Source of the DNA: Macrostomum lignano
Lineage: Eukaryota
Direction: 5' to 3'
DNA: 64,000 nucleotides
Assembly (NCBI GenBank): GCA_002269645.1
Contig: NIVC01000486.1
Span: 248,001 to 312,000 of the forward strand
Below the pieces are notes generated by a model. That model worked only from the letters and a program-made list of their open reading frames with translations. It did not search any database and was not told the origin of the DNA. The position numbers and the translations under genes were made by a program. Position 1 is the first letter of the stretch; each line of letters begins with the position of its first letter. Shown in pieces: positions 12,757-23,506 of the stretch.

Positions 12757-15700
12757 TGTGTTTTCTCAGCTTGCTTTGCTGACCTATTCGTCTGAGTCAT
12801 TTGGTTTTCTGTTGTCTCCCCCCTTGTTTGGCCTTTTCAAGTAGGTTTGGATTTTGGTTCCCTGTAATTCACGCTCACAACCCATAGTCATCGGAGGGTC
12901 ATGCCCCAAGCCAAATATGGTCATAGGAGGTTCATGCTCAAACACAAATATAATCATCGGAGAGTCATGTCCCAAGCCAAATATGGTCATCTGAGGGTCA
13001 TGCTCCAACTCAAATATGGTCATCTGAGGGTCATGCTCCAACTCAAATATGGTCATCGGAGGGTTATGCTCACCTGAACGGCACCCCGCACCCGCCAATG
13101 CACTAAGGATGGGGTTGTCAGCCGACGAGACTTCCAGAACTCCGCCGGCCCCTGGCTCAGCGTCATCTTCAACGGTCCCGCCGTCCTGGTCGTCGTGGAC
13201 GTTCAAAACGATTTCATCAGCGGCTCGCTGGCTTTGAAATCCTGCGAAGCCGGCCAAGACGGCGCCGAGGTGGTGCCCGTCATCAACCGGGCTCTGGACA
13301 GGTGTGCTAGCCAGCTCAAAACTGTGGTCTACTCGCTCGACTGGCATCCGGACGATCACATCTCATTCATTGACAATGTAGGACAGCGCGAGCTCTGCCC
13401 CGGATCCAGGGTGAGCGACCTGCATAATTCCATATTTATGCAATTTCGCAATTTTGAAATTTCAAAATTTAGTTTCATTAATCAGCTCTTCTCTCTTTAC
13501 TTTTTCCCCTTTCTCTCATCCGTCCTTCCCCCTCTCTCTTCCGTCCTTCCCCCTCTCTCTTCCGTCCTTCCCCCTCTCTCATCCGTCCTTCCCCCTCTCT
13601 CATCCGTCCTTCCCCTCTCTCATCCGTCCTTCCCCCTCTCTCTTCCGTCCTTCCCCCTCTCTCTTCCGTCCTTCCCCCTCTCTCATCCGTCCTTCCCCCT
13701 CTCTCTTCCGTCCTTCCCCCTCTCTCATCCGTCCTTCCCCCTCTCTCATCCGTCCTTCCCCCTCTCTCTTCCGTCCTTCCCCCTCTCTCATCCGTCCTTC
13801 CCCCTCTCTCTTCCGTCCTTCCCCCTCTCTCTTCCGTCCTTCCCGCTCTCTCTTCCGTCCTTCCCCCTCTCTCTTCCGTCCTTCCCCTCTCTCTTCCGTC
13901 CTTCCCCTCTCTCTTCCGTCCTTCCCGCTCTCTCTTCCGTCCTTCCCCTCTCTCTTCCGTCCTTCCCCCTCTCTCTTCCGTCCTTCCCCTCTCTCTTCCG
14001 TCCTTCCCCCTCTCTCTTCCGTCCTTCCCCCTCTCTCTTCCGTCCTTCCCCTCTCTCTTCCGTCCTTCCCGCTCTCTCTTCCGTCCTTCCCCCTCTCTCT
14101 TCCGTCCTTCCCCCTCTCTCTTCCGTCCTTCCCCTCTCTCTTCCGTCCTTCCCCCTCTCTCTTTCGTCCTTCCCCCTCTCTCTTCCGTCCTTCTCTCTCT
14201 CTCTCCTCTATATTTCCCCCTCTCTCTTCCGTCCTTCTCTCTCTCTCTCCTCTATATTTCCCACTCTCTCCTCCGTCCTTCTCTCTCTCTCTCCTCTATA
14301 TTTCCCACTCTCTCCTCCGTCCTTCCCTCTTCCTCTCTTCCTTTCTTCCCTTCTCCCCACTGTCTCTCCCCTCTTCAACCTCTCTCCGATGTCTTCACCC
14401 TCTCCCCACTGCTTTTACCCTCTCTCCCCTGCCTTTATCCTCTTTCCATTGCCTTTACCCTCTCTCCCCTGCTTTTATCCTCTTTCCACTGCTTTTACCC
14501 TCTCTCCACTGCCTTTATCCTCTTTCCATTGCCTTTACCCTCTCTCCACTGCCTTTATCCTCTTTCCATTGCCTTTACCCTCTCTCCACTGCCTTTATCC
14601 TCTTTCAATTGCCTTTACCCTCTCTCCCCTGCCTTTATCCTCTTTCCATTGCTTTTACCCTCTCTCCCCTGCCTTTATCCTCTTTCCATTGCCTTTACCC
14701 TCTCTCCCCTGCCTTTATCCTCTTTCCACTGCTTTTACCCTCTCTCCCCTGCCTTTATCCTCTTTCCATTGCCTTTACCCTCTCTCCCCTGCCTTTATCC
14801 TCTTTCCATTGCTTTTACCCTCTCTCCCCTGCCTTTATCCTCTTTCCATTGCCTTTACCCTCTCTCCCCTGCCTTTATCCTCTTTCCATTGCCTTTGCCC
14901 TCTCTCCACTGCCTTTATCCTCTTTCCATTGCCTTTACCCTCTCTCCACTGCCTTTACCTCTCTCCATTGCACTCGCTCTCGAAATCTTGCAGGTGAAAT
15001 CAGGCGCCGATGCTCGCGTTGGCGACACGGTGATTTTTCAGACGGGCAGCTACGGACCGGTTGAGCAGATGCTGTGGCCCAAGCACTGCGTCCAAAACTC
15101 GCATGGAGCCGAGCTGCATCCTTTGCTAAAGGTTCGTGGAATGTGCTTTGTTTCCTGTAGTTTTGGAACTACTAGTGGGTAATCCGAGGCATCGGTTTGC
15201 GAGATCGGAGAGAGGTGAATGCATGATCGGGGAATACGAATGTGCGATCTGGCAGGTGAGTGTGCGAACTGGTAGGTGATCTGGTGAGATCTGGTAGGTG
15301 AGTGTGAGATCTGGTAGGTAAGTGTGAGATCCAATAGGTGAGTTGTGGAGATCTGGCAGACACAATGTGACTACACAGAGACGTGCATTCAATCATGCCG
15401 CAGGTGACCTCAAACCATATCCGGGTGCACAAAGGCACGGACCCGGACATTGACTCCTATTCGGCGTTTTGGGACAACGGCAAGCGAAAAAGGACGGACC
15501 TGTTCGACCAGCTGCATCGGCTGCAGGTGCGCGACGTTTTCGTCTGCGGCCTGGCAACCGATGTCTGCGTTGGGGCGACGGCGACGCACTCGGTTGAGCA
15601 CGGCTTCCGGACCGCCCTGCTGGAGGACGCCAGCCGCGGGGTGAGCCGCGAGGGCATCGTCGGCATCAAGTCGCGTCTGGCCTCCATAAACGGATTGGTT

Positions 15701-16340
15701 GTAAATTCCTCGCAGGCAAGTGGCTGGAGGTTTATGAGGAGAGTGTCTATGGCCGGAGCGGCGGTGTACGCAGTGTGCAATGCTAGGGTCAGAGCGGCAG
15801 TGTACGCAGTGTGCAATGCTAGGGTCAGAGCGGCAGTGTACGCAGTGTGCAATGCTAGGGTCAGAGCGGCAGTGTACGCAGTGTGCAATGCTAGGGTCAG
15901 AGCGGCAGTGTACGCAGTGTGCAATGCTAGGGTCAGAGCGGCAGTGTACGCAGTGTGCAATGCTAGGGTCAGAGCGGCAGTGTACGCAGTGTGCAATGCT
16001 AGGGTCAGAGCGGCAGTGTACGCAATGTGCAATGCTAGGGTCAGAGCGGCAGTGTACGCAGTGTGCAATGCTAGGGTCAGAGCGGCAGTGTACGCAGTGT
16101 GCAATGCTAGGGTCAGAGCGGCAGTGTACGGAGTGTGCAATGCTAGGACTCGGGCGGCTTTGAAGACAGAAATAAAACAAGTCTTTAAGCAATCTACCGG
16201 GTAACAAAGTTTGTCAATGCCAAAACTAAACCAGTAGATCTCCATCACTTCAGATGGCTCAGCTGATTCAGAAAACTGATCGACCAATCGAATGGGTCAT
16301 CGCAGCCATCGACAGCGTTGGAAAGTTAAAGTACACGTGA
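12420..16340 (+). CDS. Naam: Nicotinamidase (isochorismatase-like, PNC1/Naam) with N-terminal EF-hand pair, 349 aa; exons 12420-12514, 12598-12712, 13108-13410, 14994-15131, 15404-15715, 16254-16340
   Basis: Catalytic D-K-C in VVVDVQNDF, HKGTD and GLATDVCV; metal ligands in DWHPDDH and WPKHC. EF-hand loops DANRDDALDKKE and DVDNDGVVSRRD each span a splice junction. Phases are consistent and exons sum to 1050 nt. The last intron uses CAG|GCAAGT. Confidence 0.9.
12885..13075. repeat. 33-bp tandem repeat in nicotinamidase intron 2
   Basis: Unit catgctccaactcaaatatggtcatctgagggt; (GA)n lies right after the donor at 12716-12754. Confidence 0.85.
13510..14965. repeat. Compound pyrimidine minisatellite (about 21-bp unit, then 40-bp unit) in nicotinamidase intron 3
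   Basis: ccgtccttccccctctctctt repeats, then tctctcccctgcctttatcctctttccattgcctttaccc repeats. Confidence 0.92.
15250..15357. repeat. About 20-bp repeat in nicotinamidase intron 4
   Basis: Unit gatctggtaggtgagtgtga contains the donor-like AGGTGAGT. Confidence 0.8.
15757..16150. repeat. 36-bp minisatellite (about 11 copies) in nicotinamidase intron 5
   Basis: Unit gcggcagtgtacgcagtgtgcaatgctagggtcaga; it is in frame with exon 5. Confidence 0.96.
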
Positions 16341-16604
16341 ACTTTCATTATTGACATGCAGGCACAGCTTGCCGGAGCTGTTCTGTACAACTGGATTCGG
16401 ATTAGCTAGATACTACTCGTAAATACTCGTAAAACCTAATTTTTAACGACTCTGCAGTTTAACTTTTCTAAAAAAAACTTTTTCGTTTTGCTGTTTAGCT
16501 GATCACCGACCTTATTCTGCACTTTGATAATGGTACTTTTAGCAAAGACTGACCTGTTAGACCCATTGATTTTAGTAATTCTACAAGGTAAATTTTAGAA
16601 CCCG

Positions 16605-17033
16605 TTTTAGAACCCGGGAAACCTGTTTTAGAAACCAGGACACTTGCTTAAGAACCAGGGACACCTGTTTTAAAACCCGGGACACCTGTTTAAGAACCTG
16701 GGAAACCTGTTTAAGAACCTGGGACACCTGTTTAAGAACCCGGGACACCTGTTTAAGAACCCGGGACACCTGTTTGAGAACCCGGGACACCTGTTTAAGA
16801 ACCCGGGACACCTGTTTAAGAACCCGGGACACCTGTTTAAGAACCCGGGACACCTGTTTAAGAACCCGGGACACCTGTTTAAGAACCCGGGACACCTGTT
16901 TAAGAACCCGGGACACCTGTTTGAGAACCCGGGACACCTTTTTAAGAACCCGGGACACCTGTTTAAGAACTCGGGACACCTGTTTAAGAACCTGGGACAC
17001 CTGTTTAAGAACCCGGGACACCTGTTTAAGAAC
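16605..17033. repeat. 21-bp minisatellite
   Basis: Unit acctgtttaagaacccgggac. Confidence 0.95.
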
Positions 17034-17560
17034 CTCTATTAAAGACCTCTTTTTGTACCCAAGGACAACATTTAGCAACTTAGATTAAGGTTTTCCGGGC
17101 TTCTCACGGGATATTACGAGTATTTCTCTGAAGTAGACAGGTAATGTCACCAATAGAGTCAACAGATTGCATATTGTAAATCCGATATGCGCCAAAACTT
17201 AAACAAAAAGTACATAAATTTGTTACTTTCGTTATTCTCGTCAGTTGTTGCACATTAGTTAATCTTAATTTTTACTATTAATAATTATTAGCAACTCAAG
17301 CACAAATTAATAATCCCCAAAAAGTTTACGTCGCAAATCTTCCTATTTCGATTGTTTGTTTGGTGTTTTATCCAAGGTTATTAATTGGTTTGTCGAATTT
17401 TCAATATATAGCTAGTTTGGCGCCTTCAGCACGTTCGACTCCATTGGCAAATGAAACAGAAGGGCGCCGCTACACTCGAGGTTTTTATTTTTTTCTTAGA
17501 CCTAATTTGTCTATGGTAAAACCCGATTAAGTGCTATGCGTTCTCGAGAGCATGCTAAAT

Positions 17561-17801
17561 GCATAGTGTTTAGAGCGTCGGACCCAGACACCTAACCCTG
17601 CATTGCTTCAGTTCACCCAGCTGTAAAATTGGTGCTAGCATTAGCTGGGGTAATTGAGGCTGTGTGTGGCGACCCCCCAGCCCTTGGACTGAACAGCCGT
17701 ACGCAGCCTTCAGATGCGCCGCGCAATAGCTGCGGCTGAGCTGTCGGTTGCACATCTGGCCATTAGGGCAGGTGTAATGAGCTATTGTTTATTATTATTA
17801 T
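17561..17801 (+). mobile_element. SINE family 1 copy with internal deletion of the B-box half of the tRNA head
   Basis: Matches the 10203-10510 element (catagtgtttagagcgtcggac ... ctgcattgcttcagttcacccagctgtaaaa ... gcaggtgtaat); (ATT)n tail. Confidence 0.85.
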
Positions 17802-18461
17802 TGATTGAGCAATGCTCTGGCAAGGCTGCTCTCTAAAGGATTGGATGGAGATGCTCCCCAATACTGACTGTAGCTGAAGAATTCCCTTTCTTTAGCCGTC
17901 CTTCTTTAGTCGCTGCAGGTGCTCCGCTGTCTTGACAAGATCAGCCAGCCATCATGCTCCCCCTCAGGCCATGGCATTGTTTGAGAGTTCTATTTTTAGA
18001 CTGCAACTTTTGCACTGTTGCTGAATAATTGCCGGAGCCCGTCAAGGCTGACTAAATTAGCCTCTTCTTCTGTTTCTTAGTTTAGCAATTTCTCTTTAAA
18101 CAGAGCCACTTTTTTGTTTTTTTTGTTACGCACACGGCTTAGTAGATTTCTTCTGATCGAGTTTGTAATATGCTTTTCTGCTTCCCTAAATTATAATAAA
18201 AATTTGTTCGTGAGCGTAGTAATTTTAGTTTAATTGGCTCGCTACTTTGTCTAATTTTGCGTCACAGAATTGGCAATAAGCAATGAGCCAGCTGCCAGTT
18301 TCTCTGCAGCCACCACTTTCTGCTGCCTGCCGCTGCGACAGATGCTGCGGCGGAGAAGTACTCTTCATCTGGCCATTGTTCTCATTGTGGGAGTGCAGCA
18401 GGTGGGTGGGAGACTGCATTTTGGCTCTGGAAAATTGAGTAATTTGGGAATCTGTATGCTG

Positions 18462-18650
18462 CAGATGGTAGAGTTGAGTAGATGGTAGACTTGAGTAGAT
18501 GGTAGACTTGAGTAGATGGTAGACTTGAGTAGATGGTAGAGTTGAGTAGATGGTAGGCTTGAGTAGATGGTAGACTTGAGTAGATGGTAGAGTTGGGTAG
18601 ATGGTAGACTTGAGTAGATGGGAGACTTGAGTAGATGGGAGATATGAGTA
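18462..18650. repeat. 17-bp minisatellite
   Basis: Unit gagtagatggtagactt. Confidence 0.92.
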
Positions 18651-19580
18651 GTTGTTAAGAGCAAATGACAAGTAGAACGACACCAGGAATAAGCAATAAA
18701 TGGGCCATTTTCTAACCCCAGCAACATTGGCGAATGTAACAGCCTGTGTAGGCAGTGATAGCGAGGCTAAGGTGCTAAATTTTGGTAAGAACTTTCAGTC
18801 TTTCTTCTGTCATAATAATCCATAATAGTCCATCACTGCCTCCTGCTCTCGTCGGGTCTCCGCCTGAGCATTGCTGATCTCCAGTTTCTTTCTCCCGGCA
18901 CTGTCTTCTTGGCAAGCTGACTCTGCCAGTCAATGCAGGAGGCAGTTTTCCACTAAAGTCAGCAAATTCTCTAAAGTCGGCAGTGGCGGGCCGAGGACTA
19001 GGGGGGGGGGTTGAGGCTTTGGGTTTTCCCTTCCCAGTTTCAGTAGAAATAATGAAGGAACTGCTGCAGAATCCCCTACCGTGAGCTGTTGTTGTCGGTT
19101 CGCCCCGCTGCCTCCCCCCCTCCCAGGGATCGATAATAGCCCGCCCGTCCACGCGTCGTCCACGGCTGCTTTACTTTCTTCTGCTTTTTTGGGACAGAAG
19201 GGTAGGAAAATCGCCTTCCTTCTTTTTGGCGCCCCGGTTTCACAGACTCCAGACAGAAATGCACCTCTGTCGCGGCTGGCTGAGGTGGCAGACAATGGGA
19301 AGCTGGGGAGAAGGGGGGCCTGGATCGCGGCGGAGAGAGAGAGGAGGGCACAGAAAGCCACTCTTCTTTTCTTTAGAAAAAGGGAAAGAACACCCGTCGC
19401 AAGTTTTCTTGAGCTGCTGCCCAGTTTGCCGCGCGGGGGACAGGGGGGGGGGGTGGAGATGAGACGCGCTGCAAAAGGTGGCGCAGCGCAGGCCTACCTC
19501 GCCACTTTCCTGCCCGCAGGCAAGGCCCAGGCAGTTTTGTGTCTCAAACTGTAACAAACTTTAACGCGATGAGGTGGTGC

Positions 19581-19592
19581 TGACGTCATTGG
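19581..19592. promoter_or_regulatory. Perfect CRE palindrome overlapping an inverted CCAAT box
   Basis: TGACGTCA at 19581-19588 and ATTGG at 19588-19592, at the edge of a GC-rich stretch. Function is inferred. Confidence 0.3.
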
Positions 19593-19849
19593 CTGTGTTA
19601 GCCGCTAGGGTCTGCAGAGTATTCAGCCATAGCTGATTGCCGCGAAGGAAGTTTCTATGAACTGACTTTGCGTGTAGGAGAGAGAGGCAAGCTTTATATT
19701 AAATTTGCCAAGAAATTGCCTCACTTTGAATTAATAACCAGCTGGATTTTTCTGTTGGGAAAGTGCGGCTTTGGGTGGCAGAGTAGGGCTTAATTAGCAG
19801 GTAGAGTAGCATTGGCTAGTGGGTGGCCTGAGACACTTGAGAATCAGCT

Positions 19850-20290
19850 GTCCACACCTGAGACAGGGGTGTGCCCGTGTTCTACACCTGAGAGATTATC
19901 AGTGTGTCCGTGTTCTACACCTGAGAGATTATCAGTGTGTCCGTGTTCTACACCTGAGAGATTATCAGTGTGTCCGTGTTCTACACCTGAGAGATTATCA
20001 GTGTGTCCGTGTTCTACACCTGAGAGATTATCAGTGTGTCCGTGTTCTACACCTGAGAGATTATCAGTGTGTCCGTGGTGTCCACACCCTAATGACAGGA
20101 ATGTGTCCATGTCAGCACCTTAATGACAGGAATGTGTCCATTTCAGCACCTTAATGACAGGAATGTGTCCATGTCAGCACCTTAATGACAGGGGTGTGTC
20201 CATGTCAGCACCTTAATGACAGGAATGTGTCCATGTCAGCACCTTAATGTCAGCACCTTAATGTCAGGAATGTGTCCATGTCAGCACCGG
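19850..20290. repeat. Two adjacent related minisatellites (33 bp and about 31 bp)
   Basis: ttctacacctgagagattatcagtgtgtccgtg, then gacaggaatgtgtccatgtcagcaccttaat. Confidence 0.9.
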
Positions 20291-20769
20291 AGACAGAGGA
20301 GAGTGGACACTTCTAAGACAGAAAAAACTGATTTCATATTTTTATAGTCGATTCAGCCAATAAGTTTTGGAAATACTCCAATCGTTCTACTAACAACCTA
20401 TTCTATAAGTAGAGTCAGACGAATTCTCAACGAGCTTAGCGATTCATTTTGAGGGGAAATTGAAACAGGACAAGCAACATGCCATTTTTTCGCCATCCTG
20501 CCTAGAGCCAATTAGTGTAATTGGCAGCCCGCTAGATTCAGTGGCCAGCTGGGGGGGGGCTTTTTAACCCTTTTCACCCCTCAATCTATCTTAAAACCCG
20601 AGTGGCCCCAGTCCTCGTACAGCTGCTGCCAGCCAGTCAGAAAGTACGTTAAAAGCTTTACGGTCAATTCGTTCAAAGAATCGCCCACACTGCAAATTTT
20701 CTGTGTGTCTCCAGACTTAATATAACAAAACTAAAATGTGTGAACTGAGTTCAACGTGATCTTGGTGCA

Positions 20770-21320
20770 TTCAATGGATTTCCAATTCCTGACTCCCTGT
20801 ATGTACATTCTGACATTCCTGACTCCCTGCATGTAAATTCTGACATTCCTGACTCCCTGCATGTACATTCCGGCATTCCTGACTCCTTGTATGTACATTC
20901 TGACATTCCTGACTCCCTGTATGTACATTCTGACATTCCTGACTCCCTGTATGTACATTCCGGCATTCCTGACTCCCTGTATGTACATTCTGGCATTCCT
21001 GACTCCCTGTATGTACATTCCGGCATTCCTGACTCCCTGTATGTACATTCTGGCATTCTTGACTCCCTCTATGTACATTCCGGCATTCCTGACTTCCTGT
21101 ATGTACATTCTATAACTCCTGACTCCCTGTATGTACATTCTGGAACTCCTGACTCCCTGTATGTACATTCTGGAACTCCTGACTCCCTGTATGTACATTC
21201 TGGAACTCCTGACTCCCTGTATGTACATTCTGGAACTCCTGACTTCCTGTATGTACATTCTGGAATTCCTGACTCCCTGCATGTACATTCTGGAATTCCT
21301 GACTCCCTATATGTACTTTT
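20770..21320. repeat. 30-bp minisatellite
   Basis: Unit cctgactccctgtatgtacattctggaact and variants. Confidence 0.95.
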
Positions 21321-22244
21321 TGGAATCCCTGATAGTCATGAGCCTTCATAAACCTATGAACCTTTTAAACAATAACATCACCACATACGTACCTCAGTGC
21401 TCTATTAAATTAAATTATTATTATATTTAATGTTTAATAAACAAGCGAGCTTTAAAAATGGAGTCGGTCATTGGGTGAACTGGGCAGCAGCTAACATCCT
21501 AGATGGGAATTTTAAGTTACCGCAATGCTTAAATTTGAATGCTTAAATTATATTTTTCTCCAGAAGGAAAAATCTAATTAACAGAAATTCGACCCTGCTT
21601 TTCGAGTAGATAACCTGAGATTAGCTTGAGCTTTCAATTCCATTGCAGAGTCGAATCTCAATCAACACTTCAGCTATTTCCTGACAAAATGTTAATCTCA
21701 ATTCCGCAAATTTCAAATCCGATGCAGAATAACAAGATCTGCGGTTTGAGCACAGGAACAGAAAACAGAAACAGAAAAATAGATTTAGACTGGCACTTTT
21801 CGCAGTGCAGATGTGCTTGAACCAAAAGTTAGCTGTATATGCCTCTATATGCCATGTCCCGTGGCAGCTGAACAAACACAGGTATATGTTCAGGCAAGGG
21901 GTAAAGTTACACATCTTGCTTTGGCTCATTGAGTTCCTTAGAGCAGTAGATAAGACAGGTAAGTCGTTTGATCCGTTTGCTTCTAGGCGGATCTGCAGAG
22001 ACCTTGCTTCCCTCTCCGTGATCTGGGGTTGCGCGAGTGTCACTGGCAAGGGAGGTGATCTCGAATTCAGTCTGCTTATCGCACTTCATCAGCTGTCTCT
22101 GGGCAGTAGTGGCTGAACCGTTTTTACTACTGTTTTCATGGTACAGGTGCGTGAGGGAATTTCGCTGAGTCTCTGGCCCTCAGGTCGCAACCAGCTTTCT
22201 GCGACTTGTTCGTCTTACTGCCACGCTATCGTCCGCACCTTTCT

Positions 22245-23140
22245 TCCGCGCCTGTCTTCCTCCCCTGTCTTCCACCCCTGTCTTCCGCCCCTGTCTTCCG
22301 CACCTGTCTTCCGCCCCTGTCTTCCGCCCCTGTCTTCCGCACCTGTCTTCCGCCCCTGTCTTTCTCCCCTGTCTTCCACACCTGTCTTCCACCCCTGTCT
22401 TCCGCCCTGTTTTCCGCCCCTGTCTTCCGCCCCTGTCTTCCGCACCTGTCTTCCTCCCCTGTCTTCCGCACCTGTCTTCCGTCCCTGCCTTCCGCCCCTG
22501 TCTTCCGCCCCTGTCTTCCACCCCTGTCTTCCACCCCTGTCTTCCTCCCCTGTCTTCCTCCCCTGTCTTCCTCCCCTGTCTTCCGCCCCTGTCTTCCGTC
22601 CCTGCCTTCCGCCCCTGTCTTCCGCCCCTGTCTTCCGCCCTTGTCTTCCGTCCCTGTCTTCCGCGCCCTGTCTTCCGCCCCTGTCTTCCGCCCCTGTCTT
22701 CCGCCCCTGTCTTCCGCCCCTGTCTTCCGTCCCTGTCTTCCGCGCCCTGTCTTCCGCCCTTGTCTTCCGCCCCTGTCTTCCGCCCCTGTCTTCCGCCCCT
22801 GTCTTCCGCCCCTGTCTTCCGCCCCTGTCTTCCGCCCCTGTCTTCCGCCCAGTCTTCCGTCCCTGTCTTCCGCCCCTGTCTTCCTCACCTGTCTTCCTCA
22901 CCTGTCTTCCTCACCTGTCTTCCGCCCCTGACTTCCGCACCTGTCTTCCGCCCCTGTCTTCCGCCCCTGTCTTCCGCCCAGTCTTCCGTCCCTGTCTTCC
23001 GCCCAGTCTTCCGTCCCTGTCTTCCGCCCCTGTCTTCCGCACCTGTCTTCCTCACCTGTCTTCCTCACCTGTCTTCCTCACCTGTCTTCCGCCCCTGTCT
23101 TCCGCCCCTGTCTTCCGCCCCTGCCTTTCGCCCCTGTCTT
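22245..23140. repeat. About 13-bp minisatellite (CTGTCTTCCGCCC)n
   Basis: Read directly; probably lies in a 5'-UTR intron of the GPCR gene. Confidence 0.93.
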
Positions 23141-23506
23141 CCACTCAGCTCTTTCTGTACCTGAAATTTATTACAATCTGTCCTTCAGCCGACGTCTAAG
23201 AGGCAGCTCTTGAACTGGAGCCGCCATGCTCTTGAATAATCTCATCTCTCCTCCGTTGCTTCAATCGTTAATTAAGAGGGCTATCCGTTATTAATAATTT
23301 ATTATCCCGAAGAAGATTTCCCTTTTGGCCAGCTGGCGAGTTCGAATTCTCTTTGTCTTGATTGGCTGCTCGCAGGAACGGCTGGCGGGGGCGACAGACC
23401 CCTCCCCTCAGCCTCCTCATGGGGAATTTAAACCGCCTCCGTCATCAAGCCGTCCCCCGCCTGCAGGTATCTTGCTTCCCATCGGTCTGACAGTTAGCAT
23501 CCTAAA

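Noticed and set aside
13195-15064. 600-aa and 536-aa Pro/Ser/Leu-rich ORFs
   Set aside because: They read through a pyrimidine minisatellite intron; the nicotinamidase joins correctly at 13410/14994.
16581-23199. Repeat-peptide ORFs (VLKQVSR, MYIQGVRN, CPCSTPERLSV, PCLPPLSSAPVFR)
   Set aside because: All coincide exactly with DNA tandem arrays and are open in several frames.
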